DNA of 63,074 nucleotides, filler included, from Octopus bimaculoides (lineage: Eukaryota): assembly GCF_001194135.2 (NCBI RefSeq). It is 6 parts of 6 records of this genome, joined end to end, with 100 filler letters (N's around TTAATTAATTAA, not from the genome) between each part and the next. Parts side by side here need not be neighbours in the genome. Positions count along the whole stretch, not along the records: positions 18,763 to 39,476 come from NC_068997.1; positions 39,577 to 46,170 come from NC_068988.1; 4 more parts are not named here. One strand, written 5' to 3'. Made by a program: the position numbers and the translations under genes. How positions within the stretch are numbered: position 1 is the first letter of the stretch; each line of letters begins with the position of its first letter. This document shows positions 25,917 to 40,403 of the stretch, one piece after another. The notes beneath the pieces were generated by a model, which saw only the letters and a program-made list of their open reading frames with translations, did no database searches and was not told the origin of the DNA.

Positions 25917-26110
25917 AAAAAAAACAATAACAAAGAAACAAAAAAACAACAAAGTGAGGACGTGATATGGATAGTATTATTGGACGCTCAGGAAGGAAAG
26001 AGAGAGTGTATGACGTTTCGGGCGTAGCCCTTTGTCGGAAAGATGGAAAGTTCGGAGAATGGAAGAACGGAGAAAGAGGAAAATGGTACCGATGCCCACG
26101 AGGTTGAGCG
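25905..26110 (-). mobile_element. About 200-bp HHR-bearing element (Penelope pLTR-like), copy 1
   Basis: Homologous to 41770-41965 through the HHR and the following gagcgtc-aa-taatac block; 3' end abuts (TA)n. Confidence 0.6.
26007..26043 (-). ncRNA. Degenerate minimal hammerhead motif
   Basis: TCTTT-CCGACAA-A-GGGC(tac)GCCC-GAAAC-GTC-ATACA: GAAA, GUC and the palindromic ACGT stem III are intact; core has two substitutions; stem I is broken. Confidence 0.55.
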
Positions 26111-26341
26111 CAAACACACACACATACATACATATATGTATGCCTGTATACAAGTATGTATCTTTGTGTGTATGTATGTATAAATACTCACACACAAATA
26201 TATATCTAGATACATATACGTATACATATATGCATGTTTGTATGGATGTATATGCATATGTATGTTGATGTATGTGTATACACACGGAGTGTATGACACG
26301 AGGAATTAGACTACGAAGCCCAAGAAAAGTAATGTGCGTAT

Positions 26342-26381
<40 letters not shown>

Positions 26382-26666
26382 TGTGTGTGTGTGTGTGCGT
26401 ATACACATATATGTGTATAAGCGTATAGGAAAATACGCTTATACCTATGCTTGCGCCTGTTTGTATGTGTTCAGGGCTGTTTTAACATCACATCCTCTTC
26501 GGGTTACCCCTTTATCCGCTTACTTTACCTTCCTCTTCCTTCCCCTCTCTCAGTAATCCCAATTTTTATATCCGTCAACACAAGTTGACATTTTCCCTCT
26601 CAAATAGTTCTGGCTGAAACGTTAGGTTTCACTCATTCTCGCGCGCGTGTGTGTGTGTGTGTGTAT

Positions 26667-26778
<112 letters not shown>

Positions 26779-26904
26779 AGACATGATAGAAGTAAATAGA
26801 CACCCCAGAAAACATTGTATTATGTTTATTTTAACCTGGAAAGGTTTATATTTTTTATTAATTAACATTTTTATATTTCAGGTTATATGTGTGACTGTTT
26901 AGTC

Positions 26905-27430
26905 ATGTCTCGTACAAGAGAAGCCTTGGAACTCTTCGAATTTCAAAGTGAACTTAGCGTAAAATCGCAGAAAACCTTGGGATTCCGCTTTCTACAGTTA
27001 ATAGCGTGATTATACAATTCACCAGAGAGGGGAAAGAGTCCACATCACCTCTCCCACGTCAATCAGGGCCCTCTGACCGGATTCTTTGCTTTCGTAAGAG
27101 AAGTGATGAGGATAGTTCTGACATAGAACAAGTTGATGTCAAGCTCAGAACAGCTGTCAGGTATCTGCAGAAACTTGGCTCCTATAGCAGAACCAATATC
27201 AAGCGGAGAAAAGTTTGGGCCAGTGAGATGGTGGAGAGGCCACCATCATTTTAGCGCACTGTCATATTCTCTGATGAGTCCAGATTTGTGGTATTTTTGG
27301 ATAGTGTTTGAGTGTGGGTCTGGAGGCTGTGATCAAGAATTTGACGTGAAAATATTGCAGCCAACAATGAAACACGGTGGCTATTCTGTGATGGTTTGGG
27401 GAGCAATTTGGAGCAATGGTCGATCACGTT
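26905..27430 (+). mobile_element. Tc1-like transposase pseudogene fragment
   Basis: [16 protein letters not shown] (HTH), VIFSDESRF (first catalytic D), [18 protein letters not shown]. Confidence 0.85.
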
Positions 27431-27524
27431 ATGTTGGCAAACAATCTTTACTCCAAAGTACTGTTGCTGCATATCTCTCGCTGTGAGATTTACAAATAGT
27501 AATTTTCTAATATAAATATATGTA

Positions 27525-27670
27525 TACGACGGGCTTCTTTAAGTTTCCGTCTACCAAATCCACTCACGAGGTTTTGTTTGTCCTGAGGCTATTATAGTAA
27601 AAGAACACTTGCCCAATTTGCCACGCAGTAGGACTGAACCCGGAACCGTGTGGTTGGGAAGTAAATTCGA
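27525..27670 (-). mobile_element. SINE family B 5' half
   Basis: Reverse complement of the cttcccaaccacacggttccgggttcagtcc head and ggatttggtagacggaaact body. Confidence 0.8.
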
Positions 27671-27782
27671 TGCTAGAATATTGTAAGCAATACAGTAGCT
27701 TCCAAAATGCAAGAACCCTCAATCAGAAGGCAACAGTAACATCAAAATCATTATCATATGCAACACCAGCAGCAGAAGTAGA

Positions 27783-27852
<70 letters not shown>

Positions 27853-30149
27853 ATAGTAGTAGTAGTAGTTCGGTGTTGGCGCTTTTTTCTTTGATATTTG
27901 CTTCTTAAGTATATTCCTTGAAAACCCACGATCTGTCCTCAGTCTTGGAACTGATAAGATGGTTACTTTGTATCTCTCTCTCTCTCTCTATTTTTTTTCT
28001 TTTTACGATGCTTGTTTTTATGTTTTCGTTATTATTGTTATAGTTTTTTTTTTTTCGCTTTTGTTGTTTTCACCGAACATTTTGATTATTTATTCATTTA
28101 TTATTTTATTTAAAATATATACGTTTTTTCTAGATTTTGGTTTTTTTTTTCTTAACTCTCTCGAAGCACTCTAATTTGTTCTATCTCTTCAAACATCTTG
28201 TTCGAGATAGCGTGTTTAGTTTCAACGACATCTGCCCGACACTTTGCTTTTAATTCGTATTTTCTCTGGCCAAGCTAAGATGTCGTCTGCTGAGTGTTCN
28301 NNNNNNNNNNNNNNNNNNNNNNNNNNNNNNNNNNNNNNNNNNNNNNNNNNNNNNNNNNNNNNNNNNNNNNNNNNNNNNNNNNNNNNNNNNNNNNNNNNNN
28401 NNNNNNNNNNNNNNNNNNNNNNNNNNNNNNNNNNNNNNNNNNNNNNNNNNNNNNNNNNNNNNNNNNNNNNNNNNNNNNNNNNNNNNNNNNNNNNNNNNNN
28501 NNNNNNNNNNNNNNNNNNNNNNNNNNNNNNNNNNNNNNNNNNNNNNNNNNNNNNNNNNNNNNNNNNNNNNNNNNNNNNNNNNNNNNNNNNNNNNNNNNNN
28601 NNNNNNNNNNNNNNNNNNNNNNNNNNNNNNNNNNNNNNNNNNNNNNNNNNNNNNNNNNNNNNNNNNNNNNNNNNNNNNNNNNNNNNNNNNNNNNNNNNNN
28701 NNNNNNNNNNNNNNNNNNNNNNNNNNNNNNNNNNNNNNNNNNNNNNNNNNNNNNNNNNNNNNNNNNNNNNNNNNNNNNNNNNNNNNNNNNNNNNNNNNNN
28801 NNNNNNNNNNNNNNNNNNNNNNNNNNNNNNNNNNNNNNNNNNNNNNNNNNNNNNNNNNNNNNNNNNNNNNNNNNNNNNNNNTATATATATATATATATAT
28901 ATATGTCTGCATGAATATACATATATACATGCACTTAAGTAAATACATACAGAAACATATATGTATATACACATACTTACATAATCTCAAGCATACATAA
29001 ATACATACACATACATGACATAGATGCATGCATACGTCTATCTGCCTGTGTATATATATATATACATATATATATATATTTATGTTCTACTGTATTTATC
29101 TGAGCGATGTTAAAAGAAAATTAAAATAAACATGAAACGTAAAATAAATTGAACAAATAAAATAAGCAAAGAAAAGTAGCATACAAATAACCCCACTCCG
29201 CCCACCCCAAAATATACATACGGGTACCGACCACTTGTGTCACACATAGACGTACATGGATACGACTACTAACCCACATAGAAACTCACGAAGGCCATGA
29301 AACACAGAAATAACCTGGTATGATCACAGACAGACATTAAATCACAGGAATGTGATCACAAATAGACTGAGAAATATACGGGTATGTTCTGTAATTGACG
29401 TGGATTACACGGGTATGAACAGAGTTAGATGTAAAAATATACGGGCAAGGCTGATACAAGGCATAGAGTCATCCGGGTATGACTACAATTAGATATATAA
29501 AGAAGGGTATCACCACTAAGAGACGTAAAATNNNNNNNNNNNNNNNNNNNNNNNNNNNNNNNNNNNNNNNNNNNNNNNNNNNNNNNNNNNNNNNNNNNNN
29601 NNNNNNNNNNNNNNNNNNNNNNNNNNNNNNNNNNNNNNNNNNNNNNNNNNNNNNNNNNNNNNNNNNNNNNNNNNNNNNNNNNNNNNNNNNNNNNNNNNNN
29701 NNNNNNNNNNNNNNNNNNNNNNNNNNNNNNNNNNNNNNNNNNNNNNNNNNNNNNNNNNNNNNNNNNNNNNNNNNNNNNNNNNNNNNNNNNNNNNNNNNNN
29801 NNNNNNNNNNNNNNNNNNNNNNNNNNNNNNNNNNNNNNNNNNNNNNNNNNNNNNNNNNNNNNNNNNNNNNNNNNNNNNNNNNNNNNNNNNNNNNNNNNNN
29901 NNNNNNNNNNNNNNNNNNNNNNNNNNNNNNNNNNNNNNNNNNNNNNNNNNNNNNNNNNNNNNNNNNNNNNNNNNNNNNNNNNNNNNNNNNNNNNNNNNNN
30001 NNNNNNNNNNNNNNNNNNNNNNNNNNNNNNNNNNNNNNGTGTGTTTGTGCATGTATGTGTGTGTGTGTGTGTATGTGTGTGTATGTGTCTGCATGTATAT
30101 GTGTGCATATGTGTACATATCTTTAGGTACACATATGCACACATATGCC

Positions 30150-30238
30150 ACCGTAGGACAATCGGTGTCGGTTTGCTCACGTCCCCGTAACATGGCATTT
30201 CGATAAAACACACCGATAGAATAAGTACCAGACATCAA

Positions 30239-30312
<74 letters not shown>

Positions 30313-30410
30313 GATAAATAAATGAATAATAAAAAAGAAGTTCAGGAGTTGATGTATTCTGCAAAATCCTTCAAACCGGTGTTCCAGCGTGGCCGCAGTG
30401 CAATGACTGA
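30150..30410 (+). mobile_element. SINE family B 3' half with expanded (TAA)n
   Basis: acgtccccgtaac..ccgatagaataagtacc body and ccagcgtggccgcagtgcaatgactga tail are separated by (TAA)n. Confidence 0.7.
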
Positions 30411-31156
30411 GAGATTTTAATGGTAAAATATAGAGGATAAACAGCGAGAATTAATGGGAAAATAATTTAATCTGTAACCGGATTCGGGTGCATGTCAGAG
30501 AATGTCTGTATAAACCGAGAAGGTAGACGTGCGCGTGGGTGACCTTTTTTTTAAAATAGGCTCTGTAGTTACGCACTATCTTAGCCTGCACACCATGTGT
30601 GTTGTTTTGGACAGCGGGGTATCTGGGGTGGTTGGTACCCCCAAATGGTGGTTTGCTGCAGAATGTTGTAAACATCAAAACGTTTCTACAATCTCACCAC
30701 CAGCACCAGCACCAGCACCACTACCACCGCCATTATCATCCGTAACATTTTAACGCCACCCCACCCACTCCTCCACCCTGCCCACGTCTTCTTCCTCATC
30801 CTCCGACACCAGCATGCCATCGACCGTACTCCCCCAACGCTGCGTGGGTGAGGAAGCAGCTGGTCTGGTTTAAAGGAGAGAAGAAGAAGAAATAAAAAAG
30901 AAGAAAAAGAAAAAGAAGAAGAAGGAGAAGAAGAAGAAGAAGAAGAAGAAGTAAAAAAGAAGGAGAAGAAGAAGTAAAAAGAAGACGAAGAAGAAGAAGA
31001 AGAAGAAGAAGAAGAAGAAGAAGAAGAAGAAGAAGAAAAAGAAGAAGAAGAAGAAGAAGAAGAAGAAGAAAAAGAAGGAAGAGGAGGAAGAGGGGGAGAA
31101 ATATAAGGTGACTTTTTTATCGTGGTGTGTGTAGTTGAAACGATAACAACAAAAGC

Positions 31157-31188
<32 letters not shown>

Positions 31189-31919
31189 CAACAACAACAA
31201 CAACAACACAACTAATGCAATGACAACTAAGATAACAACAACAGCAAAATACGTTTCTATGCAAAGATGCACAGCAAGAGGAGGTGTGGAGGACGAGGAA
31301 GAGGATGGGGTGGGAAGGGGAGGAGGATTTAATTCCAGACTTAGAGATAAACTGAGACATTTCCAAAGTAGCTTTAAGAAGACACTTCAATTCCAGAAAC
31401 GCTATGCAACATNNNNNNNNNNNNNNNNNNNNNNNNNNNNNNNNNNNNNNNNNNNNNNNNNNNNNNNNNNNNNNNNNNNNNNNNNNNNNNNNNNNNNNNN
31501 NNNNNNNNNNNNNNNNNNNNNNNNNNNNNNNNNNNNNNNNNNNNNNNNNNNNNNNNNNNNNNNNNNNNNNNNNNNNNNNNNNNNNNNNNNNNNNNNNNNN
31601 NNNNNNNNNNNNNNNNNNNNNNNNNNNNNNNNNNNNNNNNNNNNNNNNNNNNNNNNNNNNNNNNNNNNNNNNNNNNNNNNNNNNNNNNNNNNNNNNNNNN
31701 NNNNNNNNNNNNNNNNNNNNNNNNNNNNNNNNNNNNNNNNNNNNNNNNNNNNNNNNNNNNNNNNNNNNNNNNNNNNNNNNNNNNNNNNNNNNNNNNNNNN
31801 NNNNNNNNNNNNNNNNNNNNNNNNNNNNNNNNNNNNNNNNNNNNNNNNNNNNNNNNNNNNNNNNNNNNNNNNNNNNNNNNNNNNNNNNNNNNNNNNNNNN
31901 NNNNNNNNNNNNNNTAGAA

Positions 31920-32345
31920 CCGCCTCCACTACTACCTCTGTTGAAATTCTTGGGGAAGGGACTTGTGGATAACATCGACCCCAGTGTTTCACTGGTACTT
32001 AGTTTAGTGCCCCCGAAATGATGAAAGGCAAAGTCAAACTTCGATGGAATTTGAACTCAGAACGTGAAGACGGACGAAATGCTGCTTAGCCGTTTACCTG
32101 GCGTGCTAACGATTGTTTTCTACTCTAAGCACAAGGCACGAAATTTTGGGGGAGGTGGGGACAGGCGATTAAATCGACCCAGTACGCAACTGGTACTTAT
32201 CGACCCCGAAAGGATGAAAGGCAAAGTCGACTTCGGCGGAATTTGAACTCAGCACGTAAAGTCAGACGAAATACTGCTCATCATTTCACTCGCCAGTTTA
32301 ATATCGGTTTCAAATTTTGGCACAAGGCCAGAAATTGTAAGGAAG
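31920..32345 (-). mobile_element. Two tandem family A SINEs plus the start of a third
   Basis: gaaaggcaaagtc..ggaatttgaactcag repeated at about 32025 and about 32216. Confidence 0.8.
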
Positions 32346-32467
32346 GACGCATTAAAGGATTTTCACATATCACTCTTCTGTCTAACTTCCTCACTACGTA
32401 TATATGTGGGGGGAAGGAAGAGTGAGACATAGGTATGCATGTCTTTGTATGATATATACCCTCATTC

Positions 32468-32795
32468 AGTGAAGGCGCGTGACTTAGTGGTTAGCGTATT
32501 CGGATTACGATCGTAAGGTCGTGAGTTCATTTCCTGGCGACGCGCTGTGTCTTTGAGCAAGACGCTTTATTTCACGTTGCTCCACTTCACTCAGCTGACA
32601 AAAATGAGTTGTACTTGTAATTCAAAAGGGCCGGCCTTGTCACATTCTGTGTCACACTGAGTCTTCTTGAGGACTACGTTAAAGGTACGCGTGTCTGTGG
32701 AGTGCTCAGCCACTTGCACGTTAATTTCACGAGCAGGCTGTTCCGTTGATCGGATCAACTGAAACCCTCATCATCGTAACTGACGGAGTGCCAGA
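32468..32795 (+). mobile_element. tRNA-headed SINE, CORE-like body + tail X
   Basis: 3' about 180 nt match the tail of 10212-10592; degenerate TSD ATACCCTCATTC (32456-67) / ATACACTCACTC (32800-11). Confidence 0.85.
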
Positions 32796-32817
32796 TTCGA
32801 TACACTCACTCTGACTA

Positions 32818-32899
<82 letters not shown>

Positions 32900-32961
32900 G
32901 TGTCACATACGCGTCACATGATTTAATTTTTCACAATATTGTATAAGCTATAAGTACAACT

Positions 32962-33271
32962 GTGGGGTGCAATGGCACAGTAGTTAGGGCGGCGGACTCG
33001 CGGTCGGAGGATCGCGGTTTCGATTCCCAGACCGGGTGTTGTGTGTGTTTATTGAGCGAAAACACCTGAAAGCTTCACGAGGCTCCGGTATGAGGTGGTG
33101 GCGACCCCTGTTGTAATCTTTCGCCTCAACTTTCTCTCACTCCTTCTTCCTGTTTCTTGAGTGGAAAAAAAGCTGCGATGGACTGGCGTCCCGTCCAGCT
33201 GGGCGGGGAACACATACACCATGGAAACCGGGTAACCGGCTCTCTGCTCCACAAGGGGCTAAGAATATTTC
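32962..33271 (+). mobile_element. tRNA-headed SINE, head H1 + tail Y, with 14-bp TSD
   Basis: 5' about 195 nt match 10212-10410, then a different tail; CTATAAGTACAACT at 32948-32961 and 33272-33285. Confidence 0.9.
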
Positions 33272-33884
33272 CTATAAGTACAACTAAGTTAATGTAGTCC
33301 ATATTGAAATACCGTTTACTGCGAGACCTGAATGTCCAACAACGAAGCTAGGAATACATCACTACTTTCTCATTTACCCAACCAAAAAGTGAAACACAGA
33401 TTTTTCTCATACCACACCCTCGACTTGTTAAGAACGACACATTGTTAAATCTAGTACCAACTATATCATATCGAAATAAATTATGGGATGTTCATAACTG
33501 GAACGCTTTCCGTCACCGATCTACTCAACCATTGCTGACTTGGTCTAAGACAAACAGTAAATATTTCATAAACATTTATTTCATTATATGGGGACATGGT
33601 ATCAGATTTCTATCAGAGGAAGTTTTTAAAAAAGAGGTTATTTGTGATTAATCCTTTTTTGTGAATAATAAGGTCATGCAGGGGTAATGGATTAACCTGA
33701 ATTAGGGGTAGAAAACAGATCACATACACAGTAATTATCCGAAACTAATTAAAGAGTATGAAGGAAGCGGAGAGGTTCACTTTTATTTTTGAAGAAATTG
33801 GAATTTCGTGTTGGCTGATGGAATTGGTAGAGGAATAGGTACCAGTTTTTACTTTCTGATGTTTATATTCCGTGTTCGAATTCA

Positions 33885-34250
33885 GTTGTTATCTTTGTTT
33901 TTCTGTGTGGGAAGAAGTTTGCTTCCCAACCACATGGTTCCGGGTTCAGTCCCACTTCGTAGCACCCTGGCAAGTGACTTCCACGATAACTCGGGCCGAC
34001 CAAATCATTATGAGTAGAATTGATACACGGAAACTGAAAGACGGTCGGTCGTGTGTGTGCGTGTGTGTGTGTGTGTGTGTTTGTCTCCATCACCGCTTGA
34101 AAACCGGTGTTGGTGTGCTTACGTCCCCGTACAATAAGTTCCAGGTTTCAAGAAAAATAAGCACTAGGGGTGGATTCGCTCGAAAAAAACTTTCATGCTG
34201 GTGCCCCAGCATGATCGCAGTCTATTGACAGAAACAAATAATAGATAAAA
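33885..34250 (+). mobile_element. SINE family B, full length
   Basis: Head gcttcccaaccacatggttccgggttcagtccc, internal (TG)n, tail ccagcatgatcgcagtc..gaaacaaat(aaaagat). Confidence 0.85.
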
Positions 34251-34419
34251 GATAAAAACATAATTAGATGCTTACACACATAAACAGAGAGAAATGGGAG
34301 ACAAAATAAAACATTAAAACGGCTGATGTCAAATAAGTCTGCACCGAATCAACGACGTGAAATAAATGGCGCCAAAACAGCTGAGCTAAAACGGCTCATA
34401 CCCATTCTACCCACAGATG

Positions 34420-34890
34420 TACCCACACTTCTGTGCACCCTGAAATACATTTCTATACCAAATCATGCCAAGTAGCAACACTAGAGTACAATACCCCATA
34501 CTACATCGCAAAGTACACGACAGTATGCTACACTACCCTAAACCACAACATAAAACAACATTATGGGCAATCATTACTCTACGCAGTAACCCACGCAAAA
34601 TAGGAAAAAACACAGAAGGGAAAGCCACGGATGGAGAGCTATTTCTTAATCATATATATTCCACAACTCAAGAATGTTTAAGCCAAATCAACAAAAGAAA
34701 CGACTCGTAACATGCATTACACCAGGAAACACGCCACACAATGTTCCCCTACACATGGACGCATACGTCGGCACTGAACTGCTCCAAACATCGCGGATAC
34801 CTCACAAACGCAGCTTCACGAGCACTGCAGCAAAGGATCGTCCCCACCACGCACCAACATCCCTAGCCAACGCCACCGTAGCCTATTAGC
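34420..34890 (+). mobile_element. Possible decayed non-LTR retrotransposon C-terminus
   Basis: HATQCSPTHGRIRRH loosely resembles the H-x-Q-x-C..HG.RI.RH zinc-knuckle segment of R2/NeSL-type LINEs; many stops. Confidence 0.3.
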
Positions 34891-34994
34891 CACTTAACCA
34901 CTTCGCCACTCCAGTTAATTCATGAATTCATGAAGCGGGAATACAAATATATCTCACATCATTACAGCTGCTGACAGATAAGACAGGTTCCACT

Positions 34995-35002
34995 ACGTAG
35001 AA

Positions 35003-35064
<62 letters not shown>

Positions 35065-35122
35065 ACACACACACTCACACACACACTCACACAGACAGAC
35101 ACGCACACACACACATAAACAC

Positions 35123-35183
<61 letters not shown>

Positions 35184-35669
35184 TGCATAAAATATACACA
35201 CATACATATACATATGTGTATATACATATATATACGGAATATGCACGTATGTGTATGTTGGTAAGATTGTATATATATATATATATACACACATACATAT
35301 ATATAAGTATATGCTTGAATCTATTGTTTATTATATATATATACATATATACACATGTAAGTATGTATAGCCACCAATTTAAACATATATGCATATTTAT
35401 GCGCATATATGTATATTTATGTATTAACAATACATATTAAATATACCACTTGTGTGCACTACAGCGCACAATTTCTCACAAATACCGCACCCACAATACA
35501 CACAAACACACTCACGCATATGTGTGTGAGCATGTATGTGATTGTGACTGTGTGAATGTGTGTGTGTATTATGTATCGATTTGTATGCATATATACCGCA
35601 AGAGCATATATATAAGTGTATATCTATTTTGCATGCGTGTATATATATATGTATATATGTACATGTATG

Positions 35670-35716
<47 letters not shown>

Positions 35717-35851
35717 GCATGTAGGTGCATGTGCGTGTGTATATTTTTTGTGTGTGTATTTATATATATATATAAAATGGAGTACATGTATACTTTCATA
35801 CGTACACATAGACTGACACATGAATAAATACACACGTACATCAATACATTC

Positions 35852-35882
<31 letters not shown>

Positions 35883-36115
35883 TGTATGTGTGTGTGTATG
35901 TATGTGTGTATGTATGTATGTATGTATGTATGTGTGTATGTATGTAGGCTGTCTTATCGCTCCTCTCAGCAGCCAACCACCAACGATGTCTGGAAACTGG
36001 AAACATAACGTTTTGTTCCTAGCAGCCATTGCTGCTCATCTACTGGTTTTGATACATCCTTTCTCACTCAACTGTCCTCTCTCACATTCTCTCTCTCTCC
36101 CACTTTCTCTCCTAG

Positions 36116-36173
<58 letters not shown>

Positions 36174-36460
36174 TATTGTAAATGTATATATATATACGTT
36201 TGCATGTATGTATGTATGTTTGTATGTATATATATATATATATGGATATATTCATTAATGTAGACGTATATGTATGTATGTATACACACACACACACACA
36301 CATATATACATATGTATATATATATATTTATACACGTATATCTATTTCAATTTATTTATTTAAGTGTCTATATGTACATACATATATATATATATATGTA
36401 TATGTATGTATACTTATATATATGTGTGTGTGTGTGTGTATGTATGTCTCCGTTTGTATA

Positions 36461-36493
<33 letters not shown>

Positions 36494-36669
36494 GCGTACG
36501 TACATACACATGCATACATACATACATACACGCATACATACATACACAGACATCATTTCGAATGTGTATTTACAGGAGGAAAGTGGCAACGACCATCATC
36601 AGGACGACAATATCAATAATAAACAAGGAAACAAACAAATAAACACAGAAATGAACAAACGAATGAATA

Positions 36670-36742
<73 letters not shown>

Positions 36743-36760
36743 GCAACAGTAATAATAATA
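34995..36760. repeat. Compound (CA)n/(TA)n/(TATG)n/(TAGA)n/(CT)n/(AAT)n low-complexity block
   Basis: Directly visible; representative of dozens of such tracts in the window. Confidence 0.95.
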
Positions 36761-37109
36761 AACAATGTCCAAATGTAATACTGAAAGCTGTAGGAAAGTG
36801 CATTTGTGATTAAATGAGCGCGCAATCGCGCACGTCCAGACGCTAGTATTTCTTAGAGCGGGCGCCTTTGAAGTTGTTGTTGTTGTTGCTGTTGATGTAC
36901 TTTTTTGTTATGTTGATGGCTGATAACGCTGTGGTTGTTGTTGTTGCTATGGTATGGTCTCCCCTTTGGTTGATTTCAGAGGTTTCGTTGTTAGTGCTTA
37001 CATATTTTGTTTCTCTTTGTCCCAATTCTTTTTTTTTTTTCATATAAACTTCAGGCGTTCCAGAAAAAACCCACCACTACAGCTTCTTCTTCTTCTTCTT
37101 CTTCTTCTT

Positions 37110-37176
<67 letters not shown>

Positions 37177-37820
37177 CACATATTGCAAGGCCCTTAATGT
37201 AATTAGCTGCAATAAATATTTAGAACGTCGGTTTCTGTGACTGCGTTACATATGTGTCTACATATGTGTATGTTTGTGTATGTTTGTGTCTGCATTTGTG
37301 CATGTGTCTGTATGTGTATGTGTGTAGTTCTATCTGTTCCTAGGCCTCAGGATACGGAGGCGGGTGGCCATGCACCCTGGGGTGTATATAAATCTAACTG
37401 CCTGTTACCATATTTATATATTGGGGTTTTATATCTGTGTTGGGTGTGTACAGTATACATGCAAATATATATGTATATATGCATATACACTTACATACAT
37501 CAATTTATATACAAATATATATATCTATGTATATATACGTACACATATATTATATACACAGTGGTATATATGCATATATATACATACATTCATACATATA
37601 TTTATGTGCGTATATATTGCGTATATACAAGAGACAAAGGAACTATTTTGCATACAGTACGTTCTATTTATTTAGTCGCAGATAAAGTTTCACTTGTGTA
37701 TAAGGTTACATGTGTATTTGTAGAAAATATATATTTTCTATACACATGTATACACTCAAATACGAGCATTCATATATCTGGAGCCTCTAATCACATGTGT
37801 TCCAGTTTTGACCAACGTGT

Positions 37821-37858
<38 letters not shown>

Positions 37859-39095
37859 NNNNNNNNNNNNNNNNNNNNNNNNNNNNNNNNNNNNNNNNNN
37901 NNNNNNNNNNNNNNNNNNNNNNNNNNNNNNNNNNNNNNNNNNNNNNNNNNNNNNNNNNNNNNNNNNNNNNNNNNNNNNNNNNNNNNNNNNNNNNNNNNNN
38001 NNNNNNNNNNNNNNNNNNNNNNNNNNNNNNNNNNNNNNNNNNNNNNNNNNNNNNNNNNNNNNNNNNNNNNNNNNNNNNNNNNNNNNNNNNNNNNNNNNNN
38101 NNNNNNNNNNNNNNNNNNNNNNNNNNNNNNNNNNNNNNNNNNNNNNNNNNNNNNNNNNNNNNNNNNNNNNNNNNNNNNNNNNNNNNNNNNNNNNNNNNNN
38201 NNNNNNNNNNNNNNNNNNNNNNNNNNNNNNNNNNNNNNNNNNNNNNNNNNNNNNNNNNNNNNNNNNNNNNNNNNNNNNNNNNNNNNNNNNNNNNNNNNNN
38301 NNNNNNNNNNNNNNNNNNNNNNNNNNNNNNNNNNNNNTATATATATATATATATATATATATATGGCGTTTGTGCACAATTGGTCTTCCTTCTCGAGCAC
38401 TGTTCGTTGTCATTAGATGGAGTTTCTACTACTGTTTCTTGCAGATCTTCTTACATCTTAAAAATGGTTTCTCTAACTATTTTCTGCTGTGCCCCACCCA
38501 CCACCACCACCAAGTATTTTAGTGATGTGATTATGCTCTTCTTGTCCCAGTTGTTTCCAACAGGAAGGTTGGAAGGCATCGAGACTGGGCAGAGTGTGGG
38601 TGGAATAAATGACGGCTCTGCAATATGTATAAATTACACGGTTACACACGCACGCACATACAAAGATATATACATATACACACATACGTACATTTACCTA
38701 ACAATTATAGTGGTTGCGTGGTAAGAAGCTTGCTTCCCAACCATATGGTCCCAGGTTCAGTCCCACCTCTTGTCAGCTTCGGCAGGTGTGTCAGTTTGTC
38801 TATCTCTCTATCTCTCTGTCTAATTGTCTGTCTACCTATCTACTTATCTATTCATCTATCTCTCTATGTTCCAACGTTCCCACCTGTTTATCTGTCTATT
38901 TATCTATCTACCCAACTCTGTATTTATCCATGTTTCTATCTATATATCTAGCTATCTCTCCATCTTATGTCCATCGGTTTATCTATTTATCTATTACCCT
39001 GCCTATCTATCTATCCACCTATCTATCTATGTACCTACTTATCCATCTGTTCATCTATTTGTCTATCCATTTATCCAATTATCTATCTATCTATC

Positions 39096-39126
<31 letters not shown>

Positions 39127-39134
39127 CTATCTAT

Positions 39135-39476
39135 TACCCTGTCCACAATTTCACATAGTCAGCTACACGGATCACAAACTTGTGACGTGTACGCTAGACT
39201 TAGATAAGACACATAGGCAGGGCTCCGGTTACTGGAAACTAAACGCGTCTTTCCCGTCGAGACCAGTTTTCAGAGACCGGATTAGCACGTTAGTAAAGAG
39301 GGCTTTGACAGGAGCCATCATCAATAACAAATGGTGGTTTGCCCTCAAGAGAGCAATAAAAGCAGAAGCGGTTAGGTATAGCAAAGCACTAGCCATAGAC
39401 AGAAACAGTGTAGAGGGTGAACTAGTTAAGAAGCTAGAAGAGGCAATTAGAAGTGGCATCGCATCCGACGTTTTGG
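39135..39476 (+). mobile_element. Tx1/L1-clade LINE fragment (endonuclease C-terminus and linker), cut by gap
   Basis: Open frame SYTDHKLVTCTLDLDKTHRQGSGYWKLNAS..NKWWFALKRAIK (SDH..GYWKLN motif). Confidence 0.85.
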
Positions 39477-39715
39477 NNNNNNNNNNNNNNNNNNNNNNNN
39501 NNNNNNNNNNNNNNNNNNNNTTAATTAATTAANNNNNNNNNNNNNNNNNNNNNNNNNNNNNNNNNNNNNNNNNNNNCACACACACGTACACATATATACA
39601 TGTATATATATATATACACAATTACATATGTATGCATATATATTGTAAGTACATATATATGTATACACACATACGTGTGTATATATGCAAGTAAGTATAT
39701 ATAAGTATTTATATG

Positions 39716-39753
<38 letters not shown>

Positions 39754-39808
39754 GCATACGCGATTGATGTGGTACTTGATTGAAACAGCCATCTATGTAT
39801 CATACTTA

Positions 39809-39850
<42 letters not shown>

Positions 39851-40403
39851 TCGTGAGTGTATGTATGTACATTTGTATGTATACATATATGTATATGTAA
39901 ATATATTATGCATATATGTATACGAGGGTGTGTTTGCGTAATAATACACACACGCACATATATTTTATTTGTTAATGTGCACAGATATCTTACGTTTTGT
40001 AATATATTTTCATGTGACAAAAGTATGTCCTCACTGAATGTGTGGTGAATATGATTATTAATTATTGCATTATTCTAGGTAACCGACATTTGATGCACTG
40101 GCTAAAAATCGTGTGCGCGCGCACAAATGCATAAAAAACTACTTAGTTTTCTCCCTCTCATTAAATATACATAAATATACATACACACACATATAAGCAA
40201 AATGTTAGTTCTAAGTTCTCTCTAAGAGATCAACGCAGTAGTTGTACAGACAAGTAATCTTCGTAGCCACTTCAATATAGCTGTCCGTTCGAACGGACTC
40301 TACTGCGATATTTTAACCTCAAGAGGACACCTCCTCTAGCCGGTTAACGATGCAGAGCTGAATCCGATAAATTGCGAGCAGGGAAGCGAACCCCTACCAC
40401 CTT

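Noticed and set aside
26595-26630. ggctGAAACGTTagg, HHR-like 3' half
   Set aside because: No recognisable CUGANGA core or stem II; at most a heavily decayed pLTR.
27271-27278. CTGATGAG as a hammerhead core
   Set aside because: It encodes SDE of the Tc1 FSDESRF motif; no stem II or GAAA follows.
34365-34402. GGTATGAGCCGTTTTAGCTCAGCTGTTTTGGCGCC, MULE-MITE-like terminus
   Set aside because: No partner TIR or TSD found, so not called as a feature.
37335-37445. Possible upstream SLC22 exon (AG..LYLCW..GT)
   Set aside because: No SLC22 motif in any frame, and the apparent donor is the start of a (GT)-rich tract.
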